64,000 nt of DNA from the sequence record NC_031103.1, one strand, 5' to 3'. A program made the position numbers and the translations under genes. Shown piece after piece: positions 38,483 through 48,697 of this stretch; within the stretch, counting starts at the first letter, position 1; every line of letters starts with the position of its first letter. The notes under the pieces are model-generated. The model was not told the origin of the DNA, searched no databases, and was given only the letters and a program-made list of their open reading frames with translations. The stretch is from Escherichia phage vB_EcoM-UFV13.

Positions 38483-40048
38483 ATGACTATCAAAACTAAA
38501 GCTGAACTTTTGAACAAATGGAAGCCATTACTGGAAGGTGAAGGTTTACCGGAAATTGCTAATAGCAAACAAGCGATTATCGCTAAAATCTTTGAAAACC
38601 AGGAAAAAGATTTCCAGACAGCTCCGGAATATAAAGACGAAAAAATTGCTCAGGCATTCGGTTCTTTCTTAACAGAAGCTGAAATCGGTGGTGACCACGG
38701 TTACAATGCTACCAACATCGCTGCAGGTCAGACTTCTGGCGCAGTAACTCAGATTGGCCCAGCTGTTATGGGTATGGTACGTCGTGCTATTCCTAACCTG
38801 ATTGCTTTCGATATTTGCGGTGTTCAGCCGATGAACAGCCCGACTGGCCAGGTATTCGCACTGCGCGCAGTATATGGTAAAGACCCAATCGCTTCCGGTG
38901 CTAAAGAAGCATTCCACCCAATGTATGGTCCAGATGCAATGTTCTCTGGTCAGGGTGCTGCTAAGAAATTCGCTGCTTTGGCTGCTAGCACACAAACTAC
39001 AGTAGGTGATATCTATACTCACTTCTTCCAGGACACTGGTACTGTGTATCTGCAAGCTTCTGTTCAAGTAACAATCGATGCTGGTGCGACTGATGCTGCT
39101 AAATTAGATGCTGAAATTAAGAAACAAATGGAAGCTGGTGCACTGGTAGAAATCGCTGAAGGTATGGCTACTTCTATCGCTGAACTCCAGGAAAGTTTCA
39201 ACGGTTCTACCGATAACCCATGGAATGAAATGGGCTTCCGTATCGATAAACAAGTTATCGAAGCTAAATCTCGCCAACTGAAAGCTGCTTACTCTATCGA
39301 ATTAGCACAAGACCTCCGTGCTGTTCACGGTATGGATGCTGATGCTGAACTGTCTGGTATTCTGGCTACAGAAATCATGCTGGAAATCAACCGTGAAGTT
39401 GTTGATTGGATTAACTACTCAGCTCAGGTTGGTAAATCTGGTATGACCCTGACTCCGGGTTCTAAAGCTGGTGTATTTGACTTCCAGGACCCAATCGATA
39501 TTCGTGGTGCTCGCTGGGCAGGTGAATCCTTTAAAGCTCTGTTGTTCCAGATTGACAAAGAAGCAGTTGAAATTGCTCGTCAGACCGGTCGTGGTGAAGG
39601 TAACTTCATTATCGCTTCCCGTAACGTAGTTAACGTTCTGGCTTCAGTTGATACCGGCATTTCTTATGCTGCACAAGGTCTGGCTACCGGCTTTAACACT
39701 GATACTACCAAGTCAGTATTTGCTGGTGTTCTGGGTGGTAAATACCGTGTATATATCGACCAGTATGCTAAACAGGATTATTTCACTGTAGGTTATAAAG
39801 GTCCGAACGAAATGGATGCTGGTATTTACTACGCTCCATATGTAGCTCTGACTCCGCTGCGTGGTTCCGATCCGAAGAACTTCCAACCAGTAATGGGATT
39901 CAAAACTCGTTACGGTATCGGTATCAACCCATTTGCAGAATCCGCTGCTCAGGCTCCGGCTTCTCGCATCCAGAGCGGTATGCCTTCTATTCTGAATAGC
40001 CTTGGTAAAAACGCTTACTTCCGCCGTGTATATGTTAAAGGTATCTAA
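38483..40048 (+). CDS. 23: Major capsid protein
   Basis: 521 aa; N-terminal MTIKTKAELLNKWKPLLEGEGLPEIANSKQAIIAKIFENQEK matches recalled T4 gp23. Confidence 0.97.
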   Translation: MTIKTKAELLNKWKPLLEGEGLPEIANSKQAIIAKIFENQEKDFQTAPEYKDEKIAQAFGSFLTEAEIGGDHGYNATNIAAGQTSGAVTQIGPAVMGMVRRAIPNLIAFDICGVQPMNSPTGQVFALRAVYGKDPIASGAKEAFHPMYGPDAMFSGQGAAKKFAALAASTQTTVGDIYTHFFQDTGTVYLQASVQVTIDAGATDAAKLDAEIKKQMEAGALVEIAEGMATSIAELQESFNGSTDNPWNEMGFRIDKQVIEAKSRQLKAAYSIELAQDLRAVHGMDADAELSGILATEIMLEINREVVDWINYSAQVGKSGMTLTPGSKAGVFDFQDPIDIRGARWAGESFKALLFQIDKEAVEIARQTGRGEGNFIIASRNVVNVLASVDTGISYAAQGLATGFNTDTTKSVFAGVLGGKYRVYIDQYAKQDYFTVGYKGPNEMDAGIYYAPYVALTPLRGSDPKNFQPVMGFKTRYGIGINPFAESAAQAPASRIQSGMPSILNSLGKNAYFRRVYVKGI

Positions 40049-40062
40049 TCTTTGACGATTTA

Positions 40063-40090
40063 AGGGACCTTCGGGTCCCTTTAGTTGTTT
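40063..40090 (+). terminator. Intrinsic terminator after gene 23
   Basis: GGGACC-TTCG-GGTCCC hairpin followed by T-rich tract. Confidence 0.65.
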
Positions 40091-40096
40091 TTATGG

Positions 40097-40104
40097 TATA
40101 AATA
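40097..40104 (+). promoter_or_regulatory. Late promoter box TATAAATA for gene 24
   Basis: exact match 27 nt upstream of the ATG. Confidence 0.65.
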
Positions 40105-40131
40105 AATCATATAAACCAAAAGGAAAGCGCA

Positions 40132-41415
40132 ATGGCTAAAATCAACGAACTTCTGCGCGAATCAACCACAACGAATAGCAACTCAATCGGTCGCCCAAAT
40201 CTCGTTGCTTTGACTCGCGCTACCACTAAATTAATATATTCTGACATTGTAGCAACGCAAAGAACTAATCAACCTGTTGCTGCTTTTTACGGTATCAAAT
40301 ACCTTAACCCAGATAACGAATTTACGTTTAAAACTGGTGCTACTTACGCTGGCGAAGCTGGATATGTAGACCGAGAACAAATCACAGAATTAACAGAAGA
40401 GTCTAAATTAACACTCAATAAAGGCGATTTATTCAAATATAATAATATCGTTTATAAAGTATTAGAAGATACTCCATTTGCTGATATTGAAGAAAGCGAC
40501 TTAGAGTTAGCTCTTCAGATTGCAATCGTTCTTTTAAAGGTTCGTCTATTTTCTGACGCAGCGTCAACAAGCAAATTTGAAAGCTCTGATAGCGAAATTG
40601 CGGATGCTAGATTCCAGATTAATAAATGGCAAACCGCCGTTAAATCTCGTAAACTTAAAACTGGTATCACAGTTGAATTAGCACAAGATTTAGAAGCAAA
40701 CGGATTCGACGCTCCTAATTTCCTGGAAGATTTGCTTGCAACTGAAATGGCAGATGAAATCAATAAAGATATTCTACAGTCTTTGATTACAGTATCAAAA
40801 CGTTATAAAGTTACAGGAATTACTGATACTGGATTCATTGATTTGAGTTATGCATCTGCTCCTGAAGCAGGTCGTTCATTATACCGAATGGTATGTGAAA
40901 TGGTTTCACATATCCAAAAAGAATCAACTTATACAGCAACGTTCTGTGTTGCTTCAGCTCGTGCCGCTGCGATTCTTGCTGCATCAGGTTGGTTAAAACA
41001 TAAACCAGAAGATGACAAATATCTTTCACAAAATGCCTACGGGTTCTTAGCTAATGGTTTACCGCTTTATTGCGATACTAACAGCCCATTAGATTATGTA
41101 ATCGTTGGTGTAGTAGAAAATATCGGTGAAAAAGAAATTGTTGGATCAATTTTCTATGCTCCGTATACAGAAGGTCTCGACTTAGATGACCCTGAACATG
41201 TAGGTGCATTTAAAGTTGTGGTTGATCCAGAAAGCTTACAACCGTCTATCGGTTTATTAGTTAGATATGCTTTATCAGCAAATCCTTATACCGTAGCAAA
41301 AGATGAAAAAGAAGCAAGAATAATTGACGGTGGAGACATGGATAAAATGGCAGGTCGTTCAGATTTGTCTGTTTTATTAGGTGTTAAGCTACCAAAAATT
41401 ATTGTTGATGAATAA
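40132..41415 (+). CDS. 24: Capsid vertex protein
   Basis: 427 aa; paralogue of gp23. Confidence 0.9.
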   Translation: MAKINELLRESTTTNSNSIGRPNLVALTRATTKLIYSDIVATQRTNQPVAAFYGIKYLNPDNEFTFKTGATYAGEAGYVDREQITELTEESKLTLNKGDLFKYNNIVYKVLEDTPFADIEESDLELALQIAIVLLKVRLFSDAASTSKFESSDSEIADARFQINKWQTAVKSRKLKTGITVELAQDLEANGFDAPNFLEDLLATEMADEINKDILQSLITVSKRYKVTGITDTGFIDLSYASAPEAGRSLYRMVCEMVSHIQKESTYTATFCVASARAAAILAASGWLKHKPEDDKYLSQNAYGFLANGLPLYCDTNSPLDYVIVGVVENIGEKEIVGSIFYAPYTEGLDLDDPEHVGAFKVVVDPESLQPSIGLLVRYALSANPYTVAKDEKEARIIDGGDMDKMAGRSDLSVLLGVKLPKIIVDE

Positions 41416-41420
41416 AACAA

Positions 41421-41443
41421 AGGGACCTTTCGGTCCCTTTTTA
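41421..41443. terminator. Bidirectional terminator between convergent gene 24 and rnlB
   Basis: AGGGACC-TTTCG-GTCCCT hairpin flanked by A-run and T-run. Confidence 0.65.
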
Positions 41444-41444
41444 T

Positions 41445-42449
41445 TTAACTTACCAATTCAATCCAAGCCGGACGAAGTACATCTTGTACCATTTTAACTA
41501 ATTCCTTTTTAATCAAAGAAGGATTATCCGCTTGAGTTAGAGTAATACCTTCACGAGAAGTTTCTTCCAAAATATCTTGAACAGTTAGTCCCATCACCTT
41601 TCCAAAATCTTTAGGACCAATTTCGCCAATTTTAGAAATAACGTTATTTACTCGGTTCAGTGTAACGTAACAAGCTAAAATTCCCACCAATTTGTTATCA
41701 GCTTCTGATAGTTCAACTTTAGCTTTAATAGGCTTATCAGACTTTTTCTTTTCACTAAATTTGGAATTCTTGCATTTAATAGCTACACGATTGCGATTAG
41801 GCAGCCAAGAAGGATAACAAGGTTTCAATACATATCCTTCAGCGGTAAATACTTCGCCTTTAGCTTCGGCATTCCAAACGCATTTATTTGCATCAACTAA
41901 TCCAGCATGGTCTACTGTAAAATTATAATCTTGGACAACAGAATCTAAATCATTTGGCAATTTAATAAGCTCTTCAAATTTACCGCGGCCTAAAAGTGGA
42001 GCCATTTTAAATTTAAATGTATTACAGAATGATTCCATCATATAATCGTCGACATAAGTCACATCACCACTTTCTGTAGTGACAATAATGTCAAATACAT
42101 AAAAATCTTTATCACCATAATCAACATTCTTCTGAATGCCAGGTCCAGCGAATTCGCCAAAGACTTGATAAGATACAACCGCTGAGGTTTCCATAATATC
42201 TTGTACTGCTTTAATGGAATCAGCGTAATTCTTTAAAATAATTTCATACCCAAAGAAATCTTCAGCAGGAAGAATCGGTCCAGTACGTTTAGCGCAAGTT
42301 ACTTTATCACGCTCAATAATCAATGAGAAATTTGTACCATGAATCTTTTCACGAGCTACCCACTCCCCACCAGTCAATCCCAAGCTGTAAAGTTTTTCAA
42401 TAAATTTAGAGTTGTAATGATTTTCAAGACTGCTATACTTTTTAAACAT
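41445..42449 (-). CDS. rnlB: RNA ligase 2
   Basis: 334 aa; nucleotidyltransferase motif [11 protein letters not shown]. Confidence 0.85.
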   Translation of the reverse strand: MFKKYSSLENHYNSKFIEKLYSLGLTGGEWVAREKIHGTNFSLIIERDKVTCAKRTGPILPAEDFFGYEIILKNYADSIKAVQDIMETSAVVSYQVFGEFAGPGIQKNVDYGDKDFYVFDIIVTTESGDVTYVDDYMMESFCNTFKFKMAPLLGRGKFEELIKLPNDLDSVVQDYNFTVDHAGLVDANKCVWNAEAKGEVFTAEGYVLKPCYPSWLPNRNRVAIKCKNSKFSEKKKSDKPIKAKVELSEADNKLVGILACYVTLNRVNNVISKIGEIGPKDFGKVMGLTVQDILEETSREGITLTQADNPSLIKKELVKMVQDVLRPAWIELVS

Positions 42450-42458
42450 AATTAATCC

Positions 42459-42737
42459 TCAAAATGTAATTTCTAACCAATCACCATCACGCTGATCACT
42501 ATTGACTTTAAAGCTGAATCCTTCTTTTCTCAGCCAATCACCAATTTCTTCAGTAATCAATTTATCGCGAGCAGTACAATAATAACTAAAATATGTTTTA
42601 CCTTGTTCAGCTGCTTTATTAGCAAGTTCTGAAAAATCTTTAATAAAACACTCTAGCTTAAACTGTTTACTTTTTAATGCTTTTTCACGTAATTGATTAG
42701 CAAAAGATTCATTTTCATAAAGATCATACTGTTCCAT
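42459..42737 (-). CDS. Hypothetical protein (24.2-like)
   Basis: 92 aa ORF. Confidence 0.55.
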   Translation of the reverse strand: MEQYDLYENESFANQLREKALKSKQFKLECFIKDFSELANKAAEQGKTYFSYYCTARDKLITEEIGDWLRKEGFSFKVNSDQRDGDWLEITF

Positions 42738-42939
42738 TTTTCACCTTTTTATTGATATGTCTTTTTCTATAGACAACTTTTTCTCGAGTTTCAAATTTAT
42801 TCTTAGCAGTCATAGCTCGAGCCCATAATACAGCCACTTCTTTTGCCTGTAAGTTCAATTCACGAGCAATTTCAATGAATGACTTTCCAGACTCATGAAG
42901 AGTAAACACCACAACCTCAGTTCTCATAATCAATCTCAT
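42724..42939 (-). CDS. Small putative DNA-binding protein (24.3-like) with helix-turn-helix-like segment
   Basis: 71 aa; KSFIEIARELNLQAKEVAVLW resembles an HTH. Confidence 0.5.
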   Translation of the reverse strand: MRLIMRTEVVVFTLHESGKSFIEIARELNLQAKEVAVLWARAMTAKNKFETREKVVYRKRHINKKVKNGTV

Positions 42940-43007
42940 GTTATCGAGTTAGTGCCATTATATACATCATTTTCTGATTGTGTTTTGTGTGCTTTCAAAA
43001 TGAAGAA

Positions 43008-43023
43008 AGGGGCCGAAGCCCCT
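43008..43023 (-). terminator. UUCG-tetraloop hairpin between hoc and the downstream ORF
   Basis: plus aggggccgaagcccct. Confidence 0.45.
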
Positions 43024-43028
43024 TATGA

Positions 43029-44159
43029 TTATGGATAGGTATAGATGATACCAGTTTCTAAAGCAGTTTTATGAATGATGTATCCATTACGTGATTCTTG
43101 AACATCAACTTCTGGATAGTCTTTCATCATCTTCTGAAGAGTGTAACGATGCAGGTAATATTTACTATCTGGATCGTCAGTTTTCCAATCTTTACCTTCT
43201 TCAGTCATTTTTTGGATTTCATCCATAACCCACCAACCGCACCAGATGTAAGCTGAAGTACGATGTGGAAGAGGATGAACATAAGGTAATTCACCTTCTG
43301 GTTCTGGAGCAACTTTATCAGTTACCTGAACTTGACCTTCTGCTGTAATAGTTTTACTATCATAATCAGTAGCAGTAACAGTTGCAGTAACTTCAATAGT
43401 TTGACTTCCAATAGATGAGGTATCAACGGTATATACATTAGTTGACCCTTCTACAGGAGAAGAATCTTTCTTCCATGAATATTCAATTTGCGCTTCTTCT
43501 GGAGCATCCGTAACATTAGCCGTAAATGTAGCCGAAGCATCTTGCTGAACGTTAATAGAAGGAGGAGTCAATGTAACCTGTGGATTCATTGTCTTCTTAT
43601 TAACAGTCAGTGATACTTCATTAGAAGTAACTTCCTTTGCATCATAATCTGCCGCGGTTACTTGAGCTACACACTTGATTTTTTTAACTCCGCTTGTAGT
43701 AGGAGTGTAATTGAATGTAGCAGAAGTTGCTTCGCCCACAGGAGAACCGTCAACGTGCCATTGATACGTAGCAGATGCACCTGATGGCTGCGAAGCTAAA
43801 GCAGCAGTAAATTCAACTGGGGTTCCGATTACTCCAGCGGCGGGGCTATCAGGAGTTACAGCCAATGTAGTCGTCTGTGTCTTATTTTGAACTGTGATAG
43901 TTGTAGTAGCTTCTGCTGTTTCAGGTTCAGATTCTGCAACTTGATTGGTTGCAACTACTTTAATAGTCTTTTGACCGGCAGGTCCTTTTAGTACATAACT
44001 AAAAGTTGCTGACGTTTCTTCCTGTGGAGCATCGTCTACAGTCCAAGCATATGTAATAGGTCCATCTCCAGTTTGACCACTGGGTGTAGCAGTAAACTGC
44101 TTAGTTTCATCAATAACCCCTGTCGGTGTTTTAGGAGTTATATCAACTGTAAAAGCCAT
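43029..44159 (-). CDS. hoc: Highly immunogenic outer capsid protein with tandem Ig-like domains
   Basis: 376 aa; repeated approx. 90-aa T/V/A-rich beta-type modules. Confidence 0.85.
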   Translation of the reverse strand: MAFTVDITPKTPTGVIDETKQFTATPSGQTGDGPITYAWTVDDAPQEETSATFSYVLKGPAGQKTIKVVATNQVAESEPETAEATTTITVQNKTQTTTLAVTPDSPAAGVIGTPVEFTAALASQPSGASATYQWHVDGSPVGEATSATFNYTPTTSGVKKIKCVAQVTAADYDAKEVTSNEVSLTVNKKTMNPQVTLTPPSINVQQDASATFTANVTDAPEEAQIEYSWKKDSSPVEGSTNVYTVDTSSIGSQTIEVTATVTATDYDSKTITAEGQVQVTDKVAPEPEGELPYVHPLPHRTSAYIWCGWWVMDEIQKMTEEGKDWKTDDPDSKYYLHRYTLQKMMKDYPEVDVQESRNGYIIHKTALETGIIYTYP

Positions 44160-44168
44160 AAGTTATCC

Positions 44169-44849
44169 TTATTTTAATGTTACGAAAGAAGAATTGCGTG
44201 TTTCACGAATTAAAACTGATCCGTCACGGTTAATGTAATAAATTAAGCTAAATAAAGTTTGGTGTGCTGACGCATGCTCAAAACTTGTTGGGTGAGATTT
44301 CCAATCAGGAGTTTCAGCTATCCATTGATAAATCCACCAAGGAACAGTGCAGAATCCTGGATTTTTTCCAATCAGCTGAAGATTCGGACTAAAGTTTTCC
44401 GGAAGAGTAAATACAGACGGCTTTTCAGATTCAATAATCTCAGCTACAGCCTGTTCGAATTTTTCTTCAACAAAAGGAGTATCTTCAATCAAAACATCGG
44501 TATTTTCAGGAATTTTATCCGTTTCTACTACTTCAATTTTAATGTCAGATTTAACTGGAGAATCAATCAAAAGTGCTGCTTCTGGATTGACTTCTTCATC
44601 GTCATATTTTAATCCCTCTGCAGCATCAGCAGCATCAATTAAGTCTTTAATAGATAACCCATCAGTCTCTGGCATAGGTTCACTAGCGAGCTTCTGGAGG
44701 GCTTCTTCAATATCAACAACGATATTATCAAAAGATTTATTCTTTTTGACCTTTATACCAAACTGTTCAGCATATTCAGCTAATTTAGCTTTAGCTTCTT
44801 TATTATCATCAAGAGCCTTCAGCTCTGCAATATAATCTTTATCTATCAT
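44169..44849 (-). CDS. inh: Inhibitor of prohead protease
   Basis: 226 aa; position between hoc and uvsW. Confidence 0.7.
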   Translation of the reverse strand: MIDKDYIAELKALDDNKEAKAKLAEYAEQFGIKVKKNKSFDNIVVDIEEALQKLASEPMPETDGLSIKDLIDAADAAEGLKYDDEEVNPEAALLIDSPVKSDIKIEVVETDKIPENTDVLIEDTPFVEEKFEQAVAEIIESEKPSVFTLPENFSPNLQLIGKNPGFCTVPWWIYQWIAETPDWKSHPTSFEHASAHQTLFSLIYYINRDGSVLIRETRNSSFVTLK

Positions 44850-44862
44850 AATATTTCCTCAG

Positions 44863-44870
44863 TATAAATA
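44863..44870 (+). promoter_or_regulatory. Late promoter box TATAAATA for uvsW
   Basis: exact match 30 nt upstream of the ATG. Confidence 0.6.
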
Positions 44871-44899
44871 TAGATATATTTATTACATGGTATTTAGAC

Positions 44900-46411
44900 A
44901 TGACTGACATTAAAGTACATTTTTATGATTTTAGTCACGTGAGAATTGATTGTGAAGAAAGTACATTTCATGAACTCCGTGATTTCTTTAGCTTTGAAGC
45001 TGATGGGTATCGTTTTAATCCGAAGTACAGATATGGCCACTGGGATGGACGAATCCGTCTTTTAGATTATAATCGTCTTCTTCCATTCGGCTTAGTCGGG
45101 CAAATTAAAAAGTTCTGTGATAACTTTGGCTATAAAGCCTGGATTGACCCACAAATTAACGAAAAAGAAGAATTATCAAGAAAAGATTTTGATGAATGGC
45201 TTTCTAAATTAGAAATCTATTCAGGAAATAAAAGAATTGAACCACACTGGTATCAAAAAGATGCAGTGTTCGAAGGATTAGTTAATCGTCGTAGAATTCT
45301 TAATCTTCCAACATCCGCTGGTAAATCTTTAATTCAAGCTTTGCTTGCGCGATATTATTTGGAAAATTATGAAGGTAAAATTCTTATCATTGTTCCAACA
45401 ACTGCTCTGACAACTCAGATGGCTGATGACTTCGTTGACTATCGTTTATTCAGTCATGCAATGATAAAGAAAATTGGCGGCGGAGCATCAAAAGATGATA
45501 AATATAAAAATGATGCACCAGTCGTTGTTGGTACATGGCAAACTGTAGTTAAACAACCAAAAGAATGGTTCTCACAGTTTGGAATGATGATGAATGATGA
45601 ATGCCATCTTGCTACAGGAAAAAGTATTTCATCTATCATATCAGGTTTAAATAACTGTATGTTTAAATTTGGTCTATCAGGTTCATTACGTGATGGCAAA
45701 GCCAATATCATGCAGTATGTTGGAATGTTTGGTGAAATATTTAAGCCAGTAACGACTTCTAAATTAATGGAAGATGGGCAAGTAACTGAGCTAAAAATTA
45801 ATAGTATTTTTCTTCGCTATCCCGATGAGTTCACTACTAAATTAAAGGGGAAAACTTATCAAGAAGAAATAAAAATTATTACTGGGCTCAGTAAAAGAAA
45901 TAAATGGATCGCTAAATTAGCTATTAAGCTTGCGCAAAAAGATGAAAACGCTTTTGTCATGTTTAAACATGTATCACATGGTAAAGCTATTTTTGATTTA
46001 ATTAAAAATGAATACGATAAAGTTTATTACGTATCAGGGGAAGTTGATACCGAAACCCGCAATATAATGAAAACCTTAGCTGAAAACGGTAAAGGAATAA
46101 TTATAGTAGCTAGTTATGGTGTATTTTCTACTGGTATTTCAGTTAAAAATCTACATCACGTTGTTTTAGCGCACGGTGTTAAATCAAAAATCATTGTATT
46201 ACAAACAATCGGTCGTGTATTACGTAAGCACGGTTCTAAGACAATAGCAACAGTCTGGGACCTCATAGATGATTGTGGTGTTAAGCCAAAATCTGCTAAT
46301 ACGAAAAAGAAATATGTTCATTTGAACTATCTTTTAAAACACGGCATTGATCGTATTCAGCGCTACGCAGATGAAAAATTTAATTACGTAATGAAAACAG
46401 TTAATTTATAA
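44900..46411 (+). CDS. uvsW: UvsW DNA/RNA helicase
   Basis: 503 aa; Walker A PTSAGKS and DECH box. Confidence 0.9.
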   Translation: MTDIKVHFYDFSHVRIDCEESTFHELRDFFSFEADGYRFNPKYRYGHWDGRIRLLDYNRLLPFGLVGQIKKFCDNFGYKAWIDPQINEKEELSRKDFDEWLSKLEIYSGNKRIEPHWYQKDAVFEGLVNRRRILNLPTSAGKSLIQALLARYYLENYEGKILIIVPTTALTTQMADDFVDYRLFSHAMIKKIGGGASKDDKYKNDAPVVVGTWQTVVKQPKEWFSQFGMMMNDECHLATGKSISSIISGLNNCMFKFGLSGSLRDGKANIMQYVGMFGEIFKPVTTSKLMEDGQVTELKINSIFLRYPDEFTTKLKGKTYQEEIKIITGLSKRNKWIAKLAIKLAQKDENAFVMFKHVSHGKAIFDLIKNEYDKVYYVSGEVDTETRNIMKTLAENGKGIIIVASYGVFSTGISVKNLHHVVLAHGVKSKIIVLQTIGRVLRKHGSKTIATVWDLIDDCGVKPKSANTKKKYVHLNYLLKHGIDRIQRYADEKFNYVMKTVNL

Positions 46412-46424
46412 GGGCTTCGGCCCT

Positions 46425-46667
46425 TTGGAGAAAAAGATGTTACTAGAATTTAAACAATTTCTTTATGAAGCTTCTATTGATGAATTTATGGGTAAAATTG
46501 CCTCTTGTCAAACATTAGAAGGTTTAGAAGAACTTGAAGCTTATTATAAGAAAAGAGTTAAAGAAACTGAATTAAAAGATACTGATGACATCTCTGTGAG
46601 AGATGCTTTGGCAGGAAAAAGAGCTGAATTAGAAGATTCAGACGATGAAGTAGAAGAAAGCTTTTAA
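46425..46667 (+). CDS. UvsW.1-like small acidic protein
   Basis: 80 aa ORF immediately after uvsW, preceded by a GGGC-TTCG-GCCC hairpin. Confidence 0.65.
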   Translation: MEKKMLLEFKQFLYEASIDEFMGKIASCQTLEGLEELEAYYKKRVKETELKDTDDISVRDALAGKRAELEDSDDEVEESF

Positions 46668-46733
46668 ATTAAAAAAGGCCCAACCGAAAAGGAAGGGCCA
46701 AAACTATAGACTAAAGGTCACACTATAGCAAAA

Positions 46734-46890
46734 GTTGTGTTTCATTTAATTGTTCTTCCGAACTTTCTGAAACTGGTAGTTCTTTAATGTAATTATAGCA
46801 AGGCCCAGGATGTACAGGACCTTTGTCTGTTTCAACAACCAATGCAGAATCGATTGGAGTTTTACAGACAACACAAATCTTATCTGACAT
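46734..46890 (-). CDS. Small Cys-rich protein, about 52 aa, zinc-ribbon-like (not in ORF track)
   Basis: ATG preceded by GAGGAG; MSDKICVVCKTPIDSALVVETDKGPVHPGPCYNY has CxxC...PxPC. Confidence 0.45.
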
Positions 46891-46918
46891 GATTGTCTCC
46901 TCTGAATTATATATCTAT

Positions 46919-47143
46919 TTATACAACTCTCATATGCATATCAATGCCCATATCTTTAGAATAAAAATATTCATCAAGATATCCGGCAAATTTTCCTTTA
47001 ATATAAAGGACATCTTCACCACATGGATGATCAGCCAGGATACGAATATCCTGACGCTTAAGATTATGCTTTTTCATTAAGAATTGAATTTCCGTTTCAA
47101 ATTCTTCTTCATAATTAAAAGCATCATCAATGTTATATCTCAT
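46919..47143 (-). CDS. Hypothetical protein (uvsY.-1-like)
   Basis: 74 aa ORF, start overlaps the uvsY stop. Confidence 0.6.
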   Translation of the reverse strand: MRYNIDDAFNYEEEFETEIQFLMKKHNLKRQDIRILADHPCGEDVLYIKGKFAGYLDEYFYSKDMGIDMHMRVV

Positions 47144-47556
47144 TATTTTCCAGCCTCAAATGCTCGCATGTCTTGAATATGCTTAATAGCAAATCCACGT
47201 GATTTGATAGCATCAAGAGCTCCGCTACAGAAATCTAATAAAATTCCCCAATATTGTAATGAAGTATCAACCTTTAAAACATCCTTATCAGCTGATAGAA
47301 CTGTCTTCATTTCTGATTTCTCGTAACGATCCATACTAAATTCATCACCATCTCCTCGTCCCGAGTAGTAGTCTAATTTAGCTTTAAGAGCAACTTTTTT
47401 CTGTGCATCAATTCTAAGCATTTCCTTTTTAATACTTGAATGCTTATTAAGCCATTTACTATATAACATCACATTATTAGCTGCTTCATACTGCAATTTA
47501 GTCGAATCTATAAACACATCTTTCTTCAATTCTTCTTGAAGATCTTCTAATCTCAT
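47143..47556 (-). CDS. uvsY: Recombination mediator protein UvsY
   Basis: 137 aa; position between uvsW and gene 25. Confidence 0.85.
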   Translation of the reverse strand: MRLEDLQEELKKDVFIDSTKLQYEAANNVMLYSKWLNKHSSIKKEMLRIDAQKKVALKAKLDYYSGRGDGDEFSMDRYEKSEMKTVLSADKDVLKVDTSLQYWGILLDFCSGALDAIKSRGFAIKHIQDMRAFEAGK

Positions 47557-47596
47557 ATTGTTCTCTATTCAATTGTTATTGGATGGACTTAGATTC

Positions 47597-47624
47597 ATTA
47601 TACCACGTTTATACGTGAAGCATT
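47597..47624 (-). promoter_or_regulatory. Middle (MotA-dependent) promoter candidate for uvsY
   Basis: minus strand aaTGCTTcA (MotA-box-like), 13 nt, TATAAT. Confidence 0.55.
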
Positions 47625-48021
47625 ATACTCTATTACTGGAAGCCAGTTGCAGTTTTATCTGCTCAATATCATCAGGATTATCGATGACCGAAAAGCGTAT
47701 TTCTACTATCAGAGTATAATCATCATAAACCGGTATCACATTAACTGATAATTTATCAATACGTGGCTCATAGTTTCTTACCGCGCTTTCGATGTTACGC
47801 TCAACTGTGTCAGCAGTAAGAGGAGTCATATTTTCAAAAAGCTGGTCTGATAAATCACATCCAAATTCAGGGTCAAACGGTCTTGAACCTTTTCTTGTTG
47901 TAATAATTCCCAAAAGACTGTTTTTAATTGACCTTAATCCAAGAGATCTAGAAACGTCTTTGTCCCAGTCCATTTTCATTTCTGGGTCAATGTCAGAATA
48001 AAGCTTATTAATATTTGCCAT
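47623..48021 (-). CDS. 25: Baseplate wedge protein (lysozyme-fold)
   Basis: 132 aa. Confidence 0.85.
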   Translation of the reverse strand: MANINKLYSDIDPEMKMDWDKDVSRSLGLRSIKNSLLGIITTRKGSRPFDPEFGCDLSDQLFENMTPLTADTVERNIESAVRNYEPRIDKLSVNVIPVYDDYTLIVEIRFSVIDNPDDIEQIKLQLASSNRV

Positions 48022-48647
48022 TACAATAGCTCAAAGAATTCTTTGAGTCCTCTTATTACATGAGCGTGAGTTTTTCCACACTCTGGACACTTAATTGGAA
48101 CAGCCAAATAAACAGTAGGCTTTAAAAGCATATCTTTTATAGCTACAATATCTGACTCTGTGATGATAGAATATAAATCTTCCAGTTCTTTTTCATTTAA
48201 GTCTTCAACTGGAATGCTTTCCCCGTTAGCATGAATCGTTTCTATACATGATACTATCATGTGGGCTATATTTTTATCATCAAAAATTTTAGGGTAATGG
48301 AACTTAATTTTAATGTCACCCAGTGTATACCAGAGGTCTTCTGGTGCATCTATTTGTGTATGTAATAGATTTATATGGGTTGGTATTTCAGTTCCACAGG
48401 TGCACTTCCAGGAGTTTTCGTGATTAACTTCACCAAGAGAATGTGCCCATAAATGAATCAACAATAGTTCTGATTCTTGGCGGTTTAAATCTTTTGCATT
48501 TGTGCAGTCTTTGATTAGCTTTTTAACAATTACTTCTACGGAACCATTATTTTTGGCAGTAATAAGTTCTAGATATTCTTTAAGCGTGAATGCGCGACAA
48601 TTGATTATTTTAGAACCAACTCTCACGTCAAATTTGTATTCATACAT
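48021..48647 (-). CDS. 26: Baseplate hub assembly protein
   Basis: 208 aa. Confidence 0.8.
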   Translation of the reverse strand: MYEYKFDVRVGSKIINCRAFTLKEYLELITAKNNGSVEVIVKKLIKDCTNAKDLNRQESELLLIHLWAHSLGEVNHENSWKCTCGTEIPTHINLLHTQIDAPEDLWYTLGDIKIKFHYPKIFDDKNIAHMIVSCIETIHANGESIPVEDLNEKELEDLYSIITESDIVAIKDMLLKPTVYLAVPIKCPECGKTHAHVIRGLKEFFELL

Positions 48648-48668
48648 ATTTAGCTCCTTTATTTATCA

Positions 48669-48680
48669 TATTTATAAATA
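48669..48680. promoter_or_regulatory. Overlapping divergent late promoter boxes (minus for gene 26, plus for gene 51)
   Basis: tatttataaata contains TATAAATA on both strands (plus 48673-48680; minus as plus tatttata 48669-48676). Confidence 0.6.
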
Positions 48681-48697
48681 GAATAAAAGGAGCATCT

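Noticed and set aside
38669-39067. Minus-strand 132-aa ORF inside gene 23
   Set aside because: Lies wholly inside the major capsid gene on the opposite strand; shadow ORF.
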